Both the position numbers and the translations under genes were made by a program. The notes beneath the pieces are model-generated. The model was not told the origin of the DNA and did no database searches. It worked only from the letters and a program-made list of their open reading frames with translations. A DNA stretch of 64,000 bases, from contig CBDDDG010000021.1 in assembly GCA_965226555.1 (NCBI GenBank), forward strand, positions 352,001-416,000. Direction: 5' to 3'. This document shows, piece after piece, positions 9,514-19,223 of the stretch (position 1 is the first letter of the stretch; every line of letters begins with the position of its first letter). The stretch comes from Salinispira sp. GTDB taxonomy: Bacteria > Spirochaetota > Spirochaetia > DSM-27196 > Salinispiraceae.

Positions 9514-10540
9514 TGAATTCTCTGGTCATTTCATCAACCTTCTTGCGGGAAACCGCCCCCATGAAATGATATGCCTCACTCACCGATATTGCGCGTTGCC
9601 TGCTTACGTTATTCAAAAAACGGCGCCGAATATTTTCACTCTTTCCCTTCATGAGCAGAGCAATATCGTTATCTTCCATTTCCGCGAGAATACGCTGAAG
9701 ATCATTATCCCGGATATGAAGTACCTGTTCAATAGTAAAAAGGTAATCCTGAATTTTTTCCCGTATGTCGGGGTCTGTCATGCCCAGTTCATTGAGAATA
9801 TTCCTTCCTTTTGACGTATCCATATTTCTGAGAATCTCTGCCAGTATTCGTGTGCCGTCAGGAGTTTCATTCTGTTGGGTGCCGACAAGCCGGATTTTTT
9901 TCTTAAGCGATTCCTCAATACTGTTCATGGTTTCCGATGAAAGTCGGGCGGGGTTTTTCATCGTGTGTATAATCCGGGGGGTGAGAGCAGCGGGAAGAAT
10001 TTTCAGAAGATCGGCTGCCAGCGTGCTTTCAAGATGAGCTAAAATTATGCCGATGAGCCGCGGCGGTTCCTTTATGAGGAGTTGCCGGAGTTGGGCAGGT
10101 TCTAATTCATTCAGAAAACGGAGATGTGGAATGTTTTTAGCAGGAGCTATCCGTCTCAGAATGTTTTCGGCCTGTTCTTTGTTCAGCGATTTTTCAAGTA
10201 GCGCGCGGGCGGTCTCGTATCCGCCATGGAGTTTTTTCTGTTCTTCCTTAGCCGCAAGATGAAAACGCGTAAGTATTGCCGTTCGTTCCTCCGGTTTGAG
10301 GGTTGTAATTCGGCTTATTTCAAAAGCGATCTTTTCAATGAGGTGTTCAGGGAGGTGGGCGATAATTTTTGAAGCGGCATCCTTACCGAGAAGCATGAGA
10401 AAACCGGCAATTTCGCGCAATTCAGGGCCCTTTGCCGAATCATCGGGGGTAATAATCTTCAGAATATGAGAATTAGGTGGCGTATTTTTTTCGTTAAGCG
10501 GCTGTTTGTAGACTTTTTGCAGATGCTTTTCCATATTCAC
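9485..10540 (-). CDS. FliG-like flagellar motor switch paralogue
   Basis: GGYETARALLEKSL, EPPRLIGIILAHL, G..ILAEIL, FTIEQVLHIRDNDLQRIL, NVSRQRA resemble FliG N/M/C domains. Confidence 0.8.
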   Translation of the reverse strand: MNMEKHLQKVYKQPLNEKNTPPNSHILKIITPDDSAKGPELREIAGFLMLLGKDAASKIIAHLPEHLIEKIAFEISRITTLKPEERTAILTRFHLAAKEEQKKLHGGYETARALLEKSLNKEQAENILRRIAPAKNIPHLRFLNELEPAQLRQLLIKEPPRLIGIILAHLESTLAADLLKILPAALTPRIIHTMKNPARLSSETMNSIEESLKKKIRLVGTQQNETPDGTRILAEILRNMDTSKGRNILNELGMTDPDIREKIQDYLFTIEQVLHIRDNDLQRILAEMEDNDIALLMKGKSENIRRRFLNNVSRQRAISVSEAYHFMGAVSRKKVDEMTREFIDTLCELEE

Positions 10541-10665
10541 CTGTCATGTCCTCCAAAATAATGATAGACTCTTTGCGGGCGCAGGTCAAATACTAATATC
10601 CCATCCATATGTTGGGAACCGTTATGTTTCCATATGCGATGTTCTCCAGATGATGCCCAAGGGTA

Positions 10666-10694
10666 TTGACACTGTCTCTTCATACTGGTATATC
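10666..10694 (+). promoter_or_regulatory. sigma70-type promoter for tRNA-Phe
   Basis: TTGACA-17 nt-TATATC with TG extension. Confidence 0.6.
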
Positions 10695-10711
10695 ATTGGT
10701 AATGATTCTTC

Positions 10712-10784
10712 GCCGCTGTAGCTCAGTCGGTAGAGCAAGGGACTGAAAATCCCTGTGTCATCAGTTCAATTCTGATCGGCGGCA
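10712..10784 (+). tRNA. tRNA-Phe(GAA)
   Basis: GCCGCTG...CGGCGGC-A acceptor stem, anticodon loop CTGAAAA, GTTCAA T-loop. Confidence 0.96.
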
Positions 10785-10796
10785 AATTTTACTATG

Positions 10797-10822
10797 AGAG
10801 TCGGTCTTCCGGCTCTTTTTTT
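10797..10822 (+). terminator. Intrinsic terminator between tRNA-Phe and rimP
   Basis: agagtcgg-tctt-ccggctct followed by a T run. Confidence 0.7.
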
Positions 10823-10832
10823 ATTACGGAAT

Positions 10833-11279
10833 ATGGAAACAGGAAAAAGTGAATTACATATGGAGTTGCAAGCGCTAATCGGCAGTATGGGTTATGTTCT
10901 TCTGGAAGTAAAAACCGTTCACATATCAGCGGGGCGGAAAGTGTATATGGTCATACATTCCGAACAAGGTATTAGTATGGAAGATTGCGCGTTTATCAAC
11001 AAAACAATTCTTCCCCGGCTTGAGATACTATTTTCTTCACGTGAAATTACACTTGAGGTGAGTTCTCCGGGTCTGGAAAGAGAACTGGCGGGGTTTGATG
11101 AATTTATGATATTTCAGGGAAAATATGTTAGAGTTCTGCTTGAAGATTCCCGGTGGATATACGGGGTCATTGCAAAGGCAGACGAAAAAAGTCTATTCTT
11201 AAATAAAGCAGGAATTATGCGTGAAATCAGAAACGATCACATACGTAAGGCACAGTTGATCTATCGGGGAGAAAAATAG
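10833..11279 (+). CDS. rimP: Ribosome maturation factor RimP
   Basis: GISMEDC, LEVSSPGLER; lies directly before nusA. Confidence 0.9.
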   Translation: METGKSELHMELQALIGSMGYVLLEVKTVHISAGRKVYMVIHSEQGISMEDCAFINKTILPRLEILFSSREITLEVSSPGLERELAGFDEFMIFQGKYVRVLLEDSRWIYGVIAKADEKSLFLNKAGIMREIRNDHIRKAQLIYRGEK

Positions 11280-12935
11280 ATGGCCTCAGACATTATAGAT
11301 GCAATTAAAGCGGTTGTTGCGGAAAAAGGTATCTCAGAAGATCTTGTTCGGCACACAATTGAGGAATTTCTCCTTGCAGCATACAAGAAAAAATACGGTG
11401 CCTCGGATAATGCGGTTATTAAATTTTCGGATGATGATGTATCGATCTATGCCCGCAAGGCGATAGTCGAAGAAGTGCTTAATCCGATAGAGGAAATCGG
11501 GCTGTCTGAAGCGCAGAAGTACAATTCAGATGCCGACATTGGCGATGAATTGCTTATCAAGATTGATCCGAAAACCTTCGATCGCTCCGCCGTTCAGAGC
11601 GCAAAACAACGAGCGCAGCAGGAACTGAGAGACATAAAAAAAGACACCCTCTATTCTGAATTCAAAAGTAAAGAGGGAGAAATGGTCATTGGGTACTATC
11701 AGCGGGAGCGGAACGGAACCATTTTTGTCGACCTCGGAAAGACTGAGGGAATTCTCCCGCGCCGCTATCAGAGCCCCCGGGAATCCTATCGAACGAATGA
11801 CAGAATCAAAGCCATGATTTATGAAGTTGAGAAATCCGCAACCGGACTTCAAATCATCCTCACACGAACTCATACTGAATTTGTTCATAAAATATTTGAA
11901 CTGGAAGTTCCCGAAATTTACGACAAAACAGTTGAAGTGTTTAAAATCGTCAGGGAGCCGGGCTACCGGACAAAAATTGCCGTGTATTCAAACCGCATCG
12001 ATGTTGATCCTGTCGGCGCCTGCGTTGGTCTGAAAGGAGTCCGCATACAATCCATTGTCCGTGAACTTGAAGGTGAAAAAATTGACATGCTGAAATTTGC
12101 CACCGATCCCCGGGAATTAATACAAAATGCGCTCAGTCCGGCTGTCGTCAGCCAAGTAGTTATTGTCGATGAAATAAAAAAGCACGCGCTCGCAATTGTT
12201 GAAGAAGATCAGCTCAGTCTTGCCATCGGTAAACAGGGCCTCAACGTACGGCTCGCAAACAGACTTGTCGACTGGAACATTGATGTTAAGACAGAAGAAC
12301 AATTTGAGGAAATGGATATTACTATTGCCAAAAAACAGGCAATAAGCGAACTGTTTAACGATGACGAGGTTGAAATTACACGAATTGCAGAACTGCCGAA
12401 TATAAGCCCCCGTCTGGTTGCAATTCTTACCCGCGATAACATTGAATACATTGAAGACCTCATGAGTCTCGATCAGGATGAAATGAAACAGCTGGCTAAC
12501 ATTACTGAAGATGACGTGGCATATATTCAGAAACTTATGAAAGATTCGCTTATTGTTGAGGATGGAAGCCCCTCCGAAGCCGAAGCTCAAGCCGCCGAAA
12601 ATACCGAAAATACTGAAGATGCCGGACATACTGAAGCTCAGAATGCGGACGGCGATAAAGGCGGGGGCGATAAAAAAGCATTGCCTGCCGAAGATGAGCC
12701 TGCGAAGGAACCTGAAGATGAAGCAGAAGATGAGATCACGTTTGTATCGGAACTTCCAGATATTCCTGAGAGGATCGTTACTGTACTTAAAGCAGAGGGA
12801 ATTGTTGAAATTATTGATCTCCTGAATATGAATGACGATGAGCTCCGTAAAATTTCGAATCTTGAAGATGAAGATATTACCCTCATTCAGGATATTATCA
12901 AAAATACCATTGAAGTTATTGAAGAGGATGAATAG
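11280..12935 (+). CDS. nusA: Transcription factor NusA with duplicated C-terminal domains
   Basis: REPGYRTKIAV, DPVGACVG, LSLAIGKQGLNVRLA. Confidence 0.97.
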   Translation: MASDIIDAIKAVVAEKGISEDLVRHTIEEFLLAAYKKKYGASDNAVIKFSDDDVSIYARKAIVEEVLNPIEEIGLSEAQKYNSDADIGDELLIKIDPKTFDRSAVQSAKQRAQQELRDIKKDTLYSEFKSKEGEMVIGYYQRERNGTIFVDLGKTEGILPRRYQSPRESYRTNDRIKAMIYEVEKSATGLQIILTRTHTEFVHKIFELEVPEIYDKTVEVFKIVREPGYRTKIAVYSNRIDVDPVGACVGLKGVRIQSIVRELEGEKIDMLKFATDPRELIQNALSPAVVSQVVIVDEIKKHALAIVEEDQLSLAIGKQGLNVRLANRLVDWNIDVKTEEQFEEMDITIAKKQAISELFNDDEVEITRIAELPNISPRLVAILTRDNIEYIEDLMSLDQDEMKQLANITEDDVAYIQKLMKDSLIVEDGSPSEAEAQAAENTENTEDAGHTEAQNADGDKGGGDKKALPAEDEPAKEPEDEAEDEITFVSELPDIPERIVTVLKAEGIVEIIDLLNMNDDELRKISNLEDEDITLIQDIIKNTIEVIEEDE

Positions 12936-12946
12936 GGAGCATTATC

Positions 12947-15900
12947 ATGAACCAGCAGGAACCCAAGGCGGAGCTCATAAAGCGGTCTGCAAAAGAAAAA
13001 AAACCAGCAGAACCCTCTGAGCAGGAACAAAAGTCGACGAAGAAAAAGGTAGTAGTTAAGAGAAAACCAACCGCAAAAGAATCCCCTTCCAATACCAAAA
13101 CCGCTACCAAAACCGCTCAGCGCCCATCCCGCAACCCGAACCAGGCAAAAAATACCGCAATGAAGCAGGGCGTAGTCGGCGGGAAATATGTCGGCCATCC
13201 AAGCGGCCGTAAAAATTTCGGACAATATGCAAAAGACCAAACACACAAATCCTACAAATCGAACAGGGCAAAACCCTCCGATACGAATCAGGGCTATAAT
13301 CGAAACCGCAACGACTACCGCCGCCCGGGCGGTGGAGCGAACCGTTTCGGCGGAGCGAACCGTTTCGGCGGGGGAGGGCGGGGACCAGGCTACGGCGGGG
13401 GATCCGGCTACGGCGGCGCCGGCCGCGGTTCTCCCGGCGGCTACCGCCCCTCCGGTTACGGTTCTTCCGGCGGCTACGGCGCCGGGGGCGCCGGCCGCGG
13501 TTCTTCCGGCGGACCTCCCCGCCCCGAAAGCGATGCGCGCCCATCCGGCACCGGCAAGCGATCCTTCAAGCCAAAGAAAAATACCAACAACTATCGGCGG
13601 AAAGATCGGCATCAGGAGAAGGAATTCCAATTCAAGAAAAAATCGATTGAACTGGCTAATCCCGTTCCAAAATCCATTGATATGATGGAAGTTATTACCG
13701 TTTCCGATCTGGCCCGAAAAATGAACCTGAAGGCCTCCGAGCTCATTGCCAAACTCATGGGAATGGGTATGATGGTTACCATTAACCAGCAGATCGATGC
13801 GGACACTGCCGGCATACTCGCTTCCGAATATCATTGTGAAGTGAAAATCGTATCCCTTTACGATGAAACACTTATTGAAACAGAAGAAGATCATGACCAT
13901 CAACTTCAGCCCCGCCCCCCCATTGTTACGGTTATGGGACACGTTGATCATGGGAAAACAAAACTCCTCGACACCATTCGTTCCAGTAATGTCATTGGCG
14001 ATGAATCGGGCGGAATTACCCAGCACATCGGCGCGTATCAGGTGGAATCATCAGGGAATAGCATTACCTTTCTCGATACTCCCGGGCACGAAGCCTTTAC
14101 GCTCATGCGATCCCGCGGCGCTCAGGTAACCGATATTGTTGTTCTTGTTGTGGCGGCGGATGATGGTGTTATGCCCCAGACAGTTGAGGCAATTCATCAT
14201 GCTCAGGATGCCGATGTGCCGATTATTGTTGCGGTAAATAAGGTTGACCTTCCCAATGCGAATGTTGACAAGGTGAAACAGCAACTTTCCGAGCACAAAC
14301 TTCTTGCTGAAGATTGGGGCGGCGATACGATGTTTCATGAAATTTCCGCGCTCAAAAATGAAGGAATATCGGAGCTCCTTGAAAACATCATTATTCAGGC
14401 AGAACTCATGGAGTTGCGGGCAAACCCCGATGCCCGCGCCGAGGGACGAATCATTGAATCGAGAATTGATCCCGGCAGGGGGACAATTGTAACCATTCTC
14501 ATTGAACGGGGAAAGTTGCGCGTTGGCGATAATTTCCTCGCGGGCGTATACCCCGGGCGCATTAGAGCAATGTTTAATGACAGAGGACAGGAACTCAATG
14601 CCGCCGGGCCCTCCATGCCGGTTGAAATAACCGGTCTTTCCGGTATTCCGAACACGGGCGATCCCTTTCAGGCGACCGAGTCCGAAAAGAAGGCCCGTCA
14701 GGTTGGCGGAAAGCGGCAGGAACTTAAAAAACTTGAAGCCGCAAAAAATGTTAAAAAAATCACCCTCAACAATCTCTACACCAGCATTCAGGAAGGAGAA
14801 ATTCAGGAAGCAAAAATAATTATTAAGGGAGATGTTCAAGGGTCGGTAGAGGCCATTCAAGGCTCATTGGAAAAACTTTCCACATCGGAAATTCGCATTC
14901 AGGTTATTCATTCCGGAGCTGGAGCAATTAACGATTCCGATGTTAACCTCGCCGTTGTTTCACAGGCAATAATCATTGGTTTTCATGTGCGGCCGACAAA
15001 CCATGCGCAGATCCTTGCCGATCGGGAAAAGGTCGAAATTCGTAAGTACAGCGTCATTTACGATGTTATTGAAGATATTCGATCGGTTATGGAAGGAATG
15101 CTGAGCCCCGAACTGAAGGAAGAGAACATCGGTACGGTCGAGATTCGCGAAACCTTCAAAGTTCCCCGCATAGGTATTGTTGCCGGCTGCTTTGTTTCTC
15201 AGGGAGTCGTTAAACGAAACAGCAGGGCACGGCTGTACCGCGAGGGTGTGGAAATTTTTAATGGAACGATGAACAGCCTGAAGCGTTTCAAGGACGATGC
15301 TAAGGAGGTCGCTAAGGGCTATGAGTGCGGTATTGGACTGAAAGATCATAGCGATATAAAAGTTGGCGACATTCTTGAGATTTTCGAAATGAAGGAAATT
15401 GCCCGTAAGCTCGGTAAGCCTCTTGTTGAAATTGAAGCAGAAAAGAAAGAATCGGGTAAGAGTAAGGCCAATGCTGCGGATAAGGTTGCGGCTAAGAGTA
15501 CGCCTAAGAGTACGGCTGCGCCTACGAGTACGGCTGCGGCGAAGAGTACGGCTGAGGCTACGAATACGGATACGGCTAAGAATACGGCTGCGGCTAAGAA
15601 TACGGCTACGGCTAAGAGTACGGATAAGGCGAAGAGTACGGCTGCGCCTAAGAATACGGCTGCGGCTAAGAGTACGGCTGCGGCTACGAATACGGCTGAG
15701 GCTAAGAGTACGGCTGAGGCTAAGAGTGCGGCTGAGGCTAAGAATACGGCTGTGGCGAAGAGTACGGCTGAGGCTACGAATACGGATAAGGCGAAGAGTA
15801 CGGCTGCGGCGAAGAGTACGGCTGCGGCTAAGAATACGGCTGCGGCTAAGAATACGGCTGTGGCTACGAGTACGGATACGGCTGCGCCTAAGAATACGGA

Positions 15901-16975
15901 TAAGAGTGCGGCTAAAAGTACGGCTAAGAGTACGGCTGCGCCTACGAGTACGGCTACGGCTAAGAGTGCGGCTGCGGCTAAAAATACGGCTGTGGCTAAG
16001 GCTAAGAGTACGGATAAGGCGAAGGTTGCGGATAAGGCTAAGAGTACGGCTGCGGATAAGAATACGGCTGTGGCTACGAGTACGGATACGGCTGCGCCTA
16101 AGAATACGGATAAGAGTGCGGCTAAAAGTACGGCTAAGAGTACGGATACGGCTAAGAGTACGGCTGCGGCTAAGAATACGGCTGTGGCGAAGAGTACGGC
16201 TGAGGCTACGAATACGGATACGGCTAAGAATACGGCTGCGGCTACGAATACGGCTGAGGCTAAGAGTACGGATACGGCTAAGAGTACGGCTGCGCCTAAG
16301 AATACGGCTGCGGCTACGAATACGGCTGCGGCTACGAATACGGATACGGCTAAGAATACGGCTGCGGCTAAGAGTACGGCTGCGGTTAAGAATACGGCTG
16401 CGGCTACGAGTACGGCTGCGGCTAAGAATACGGCTGCGGCTAAGAGTACGGCTGCGGCTACGAATACGGATACGGCTAAGAATACGGCTGAGGCTAAGAG
16501 TACGGATACGGCTAAGAGTACGGCTGCGGTTAAGAATACGGCTGCGGCTACGAGTACGGCTGCGGCTAAGAATACGGCTGCGGCTAAGAATACGGCTGCG
16601 GCTAAGAGTACGGCTGAGGCTACGAATACGGATACGGCTAAGAATACGGCTGAGGCTAAGAGTACGGATACGGCTAAGAGTACGGCTGCGCCTAAGAATA
16701 CGGATAAGAGTACGGCTGCGGCTAAGAATACGGCTGCGGATAAGAGTACGGCTGCGGCTACGAGTACGGATACGGCTAAGAGTACGGCTGCGCCTAAGAA
16801 TACGGCTGAGGCTAAGAATACGGCTGAGGCTAAGAATACGGCTGCGGCTAAGAATACGGCTGCGGCTAAGAGTACGGCTGCGGCTAAGAGTACGGCTGAG
16901 GCTAAGAATACGGCTGCGCCTAAGAATACGGCTAAGGCGAAGAGTACGGATAAGGCTAAGAGTACGGGAGAATGA
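12947..16975 (+). CDS. infB: Translation initiation factor IF-2 with ~500-aa C-terminal repeat tail
   Basis: MGHVDHGKT, FLDTPGH, NKVD, KGDVQGS, SLKRFKDD..EV..GYECGI; the canonical end falls near nt 15410. Confidence 0.96.
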   Translation: MNQQEPKAELIKRSAKEKKPAEPSEQEQKSTKKKVVVKRKPTAKESPSNTKTATKTAQRPSRNPNQAKNTAMKQGVVGGKYVGHPSGRKNFGQYAKDQTHKSYKSNRAKPSDTNQGYNRNRNDYRRPGGGANRFGGANRFGGGGRGPGYGGGSGYGGAGRGSPGGYRPSGYGSSGGYGAGGAGRGSSGGPPRPESDARPSGTGKRSFKPKKNTNNYRRKDRHQEKEFQFKKKSIELANPVPKSIDMMEVITVSDLARKMNLKASELIAKLMGMGMMVTINQQIDADTAGILASEYHCEVKIVSLYDETLIETEEDHDHQLQPRPPIVTVMGHVDHGKTKLLDTIRSSNVIGDESGGITQHIGAYQVESSGNSITFLDTPGHEAFTLMRSRGAQVTDIVVLVVAADDGVMPQTVEAIHHAQDADVPIIVAVNKVDLPNANVDKVKQQLSEHKLLAEDWGGDTMFHEISALKNEGISELLENIIIQAELMELRANPDARAEGRIIESRIDPGRGTIVTILIERGKLRVGDNFLAGVYPGRIRAMFNDRGQELNAAGPSMPVEITGLSGIPNTGDPFQATESEKKARQVGGKRQELKKLEAAKNVKKITLNNLYTSIQEGEIQEAKIIIKGDVQGSVEAIQGSLEKLSTSEIRIQVIHSGAGAINDSDVNLAVVSQAIIIGFHVRPTNHAQILADREKVEIRKYSVIYDVIEDIRSVMEGMLSPELKEENIGTVEIRETFKVPRIGIVAGCFVSQGVVKRNSRARLYREGVEIFNGTMNSLKRFKDDAKEVAKGYECGIGLKDHSDIKVGDILEIFEMKEIARKLGKPLVEIEAEKKESGKSKANAADKVAAKSTPKSTAAPTSTAAAKSTAEATNTDTAKNTAAAKNTATAKSTDKAKSTAAPKNTAAAKSTAAATNTAEAKSTAEAKSAAEAKNTAVAKSTAEATNTDKAKSTAAAKSTAAAKNTAAAKNTAVATSTDTAAPKNTDKSAAKSTAKSTAAPTSTATAKSAAAAKNTAVAKAKSTDKAKVADKAKSTAADKNTAVATSTDTAAPKNTDKSAAKSTAKSTDTAKSTAAAKNTAVAKSTAEATNTDTAKNTAAATNTAEAKSTDTAKSTAAPKNTAAATNTAAATNTDTAKNTAAAKSTAAVKNTAAATSTAAAKNTAAAKSTAAATNTDTAKNTAEAKSTDTAKSTAAVKNTAAATSTAAAKNTAAAKNTAAAKSTAEATNTDTAKNTAEAKSTDTAKSTAAPKNTDKSTAAAKNTAADKSTAAATSTDTAKSTAAPKNTAEAKNTAEAKNTAAAKNTAAAKSTAAAKSTAEAKNTAAPKNTAKAKSTDKAKSTGE
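15472..16966 (+). repeat. ~1.5-kb degenerate 18-bp (hexamer-built) tandem array
   Basis: Units such as gctaag-agtacg-gctgcg and gctaag-aatacg-gctgag, encoding AK(S/N)TA(A/E). Confidence 0.95.
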
Positions 16976-16979
16976 GTAC

Positions 16980-17669
16980 TTATTGCATCGTGTAACGAAG
17001 ATGCGGAGTATAACCGGCTGGAATGAGAATGCGCTGTTCGTCTTCGGAGCTGAGTTCAATACCCTTTTCTGTGCGCTGTATAACAGTGAAACAGTCGCCG
17101 AGTTTTATATTGTTTTCATAAATAAAGCTCAACAATCCTTCTGTTTCTTCCCCCTCTTCACTTATTCTCATAAGAATAAAGGTATCCTGCGGTTTAAGTA
17201 ATTGAATAGATGGAGCATTGAGTATTTCCTGCTCCCCGGGACTTCCCGGTATTGGGTTCCCATGAGGGCAGGTCTGTGGTCTTCCCAGTACTTCATACAT
17301 TTTTTCAGCGAATTTATCGGAAATGTTATTTTGGAGATGCTTTGCTTCTTCATCTATCTCATCCCAGGTCATATTGAGGTTTTTCAGGAGAAAATGTTCA
17401 AGAAGATAATGCCGACGGAGCATTTTTACCGCAAAGTCTTCTCCGTCTTTTGTCAGAGCGATATCACCGTAGCGTTCCTGGGAAAGATATCCGAGGATTT
17501 TCAGGCGCTTAACAGCCTGACTTACCGCGGGGCGGCTCACTTTGAGCCATGAAGCAATACGTGAATTTGTTATTATTCCATCATCCCTGCGAATAAGGTA
17601 CATGGCGGCGAGATAATCGCTTGCGGCAGGGAAGCTTTGGAGAATTTCACGGTATTCCATAAGCGCCAT
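16980..17669 (-). CDS. DtxR/TroR/MntR family metal-dependent repressor
   Basis: DYL..Y, VSRPAVSQ HTH, RRHYLLEHFL, CPHGNPIP, FeoA-like C-terminus. Confidence 0.92.
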   Translation of the reverse strand: MALMEYREILQSFPAASDYLAAMYLIRRDDGIITNSRIASWLKVSRPAVSQAVKRLKILGYLSQERYGDIALTKDGEDFAVKMLRRHYLLEHFLLKNLNMTWDEIDEEAKHLQNNISDKFAEKMYEVLGRPQTCPHGNPIPGSPGEQEILNAPSIQLLKPQDTFILMRISEEGEETEGLLSFIYENNIKLGDCFTVIQRTEKGIELSSEDEQRILIPAGYTPHLRYTMQ

Positions 17670-17710
17670 TGTATCATTATCTACACGTTTTGAAAACTTT
17701 TATCAATTTT

Positions 17711-18961
17711 GGGATATTAAGGTTTGAACAGACCCCCACTTTGACCTATTATGCGATCATTTCTTCCGAGTGCCAAGCCCTCCATCGCTCAAGCGTCGGT
17801 CGTGTGAGCCGTTGCTCCATTATGATCGGCTTGAGCCGGAGAATATCACTATCCACATTGGTATTCCGTTGCCTCAAAAGATCCAGCGGAGTCCCTTTTC
17901 GGTAGGTGTTGAACCGCCGGTAATTGAAATCTATCTGATACTCCTCGGCTTCCTTAAGAAACTCATTGAGCTTTGGATTCATCACCTGACTGTAGAACTC
18001 ATCCTCAATGAGCCGGTGCGAGGACTCGACAGAACTGTTCCATGTGCACTGCCCGGGCGGAATACGCCGATACTCGACACCCGCCTGTATGAGCGCCTGC
18101 TCAAACCCCGACGTTCGGGTCTTGCTCAGATGCCGAACGGTGAACTCTGCCCCGTTATCGGTCTGAACCGTTATGCCGTTGACAAGGTCTCCGCCGCGAT
18201 TCCGCAGGTGCTCCAGCAGGTACTCGGCGAACAAGGTTGTTACCATACTGCTCTTCTCATTGGCGAAGGCGTACCACAGAGCCCCTGTCGCCCGATCCCG
18301 GGCGGTTATCTGGTACTTCGGAACGTCTAAACACTTCTGAGAAAACCGCATAGCGGGAATGTCCGTCAGATACTTGATATCAATCTGAATGCACTCGCCG
18401 AACTTCATCCTGTCGGTTACCTCCCGCAAATCTCTCTTGGGTAGCGCCTTCGGCTTCTTTGTTTTCCGCGCCCCTATCTGCTTTAGCGTCTTGATAATCG
18501 TCGGCAGGCTGTACTTCCCGCCAACTTCCGTCTGCAACTGCTTTTGCACCTGAGTTCCAATGATTTTGTTGTGATTCCGATTCTTGGTCTGGACAAGACT
18601 CTCGAGATGACACCGGTGCCCGAATTTCATCTTCATCGGATGATTGGTCGTGCCCCGCTTCTTGTCTTCAAGCCCCTCGCCGGATTCAAAGCGCCGAACC
18701 CACCGTCGCACCGTGTTGCGCGACACCTCGAACTCCCGAGCAGCCGCCTTGATCGAATGCTCCTGGGCATACCGAACCATCCGCAACTGCCAATCATACA
18801 TCGAAGCCGCCTGATACTTCCGAGACTTGAGATGATACTGAGAATATGTGATACTACTGTTCACTGTTTCCCTCCTTTTATGTTTTATACAACCCCCAGT
18901 GTATACGAATAACCTTCGTTTTACACTGGGGAGGAGGGGTCTGTCCAAAGGTTTATATCCC
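17711..18961 (-). mobile_element. IS481/IS1202-like insertion sequence with 17-bp target duplication
   Basis: 26-bp imperfect IRs gggatattaaggtttgaacagacccc / ggggtctgtccaaaggtttatatccc; aaacttttatcaatttt at 17694-17710 and 18962-18978. Confidence 0.88.
17749..18864 (-). CDS. DDE transposase (HTH + integrase core)
   Basis: AAAREFEVSRNTVRRW, QIDIKY, QTDNGAEF, NSSVESSHR; GTG at 18864 follows SD AGGAGG. Confidence 0.9.
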   Translation of the reverse strand: MNSSITYSQYHLKSRKYQAASMYDWQLRMVRYAQEHSIKAAAREFEVSRNTVRRWVRRFESGEGLEDKKRGTTNHPMKMKFGHRCHLESLVQTKNRNHNKIIGTQVQKQLQTEVGGKYSLPTIIKTLKQIGARKTKKPKALPKRDLREVTDRMKFGECIQIDIKYLTDIPAMRFSQKCLDVPKYQITARDRATGALWYAFANEKSSMVTTLFAEYLLEHLRNRGGDLVNGITVQTDNGAEFTVRHLSKTRTSGFEQALIQAGVEYRRIPPGQCTWNSSVESSHRLIEDEFYSQVMNPKLNEFLKEAEEYQIDFNYRRFNTYRKGTPLDLLRQRNTNVDSDILRLKPIIMEQRLTRPTLERWRAWHSEEMIA

Positions 18962-19129
18962 AAACTTTTATCAATTTTCTCTTGATTATCAGCATAAACT
19001 AATTTATACTGTCACTTCATCATCTTTCTGTCCTCTTGGTAGTGTATTTTTTCTCTATATGCGCGCTATCTCAGAGGGCAGGGAGGTGGTGTACGTATGG
19101 TTGAATTCGCCATTCGGTGGATGTTGTGA

Positions 19130-19158
19130 TTGACAAGTTTTCTGATCGCAATTATACT
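19130..19158 (+). promoter_or_regulatory. sigma70 promoter for the Fn3-DUF285 gene
   Basis: TTGACA-17 nt-TATACT. Confidence 0.65.
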
Positions 19159-19223
19159 GGCTTTATCATTTGAGACAGTTGCTGTGCAACGATCTCAATT
19201 ATATGACCTTGGAGGTAACATAT

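Noticed and set aside
14960..17201. Long Arg/Leu/Ile and Arg/Ser ORFs (15399-17201 +, 14960-17059 -)
   Set aside because: Alternate frames of the infB repeat array that lack stops by composition; no independent start evidence
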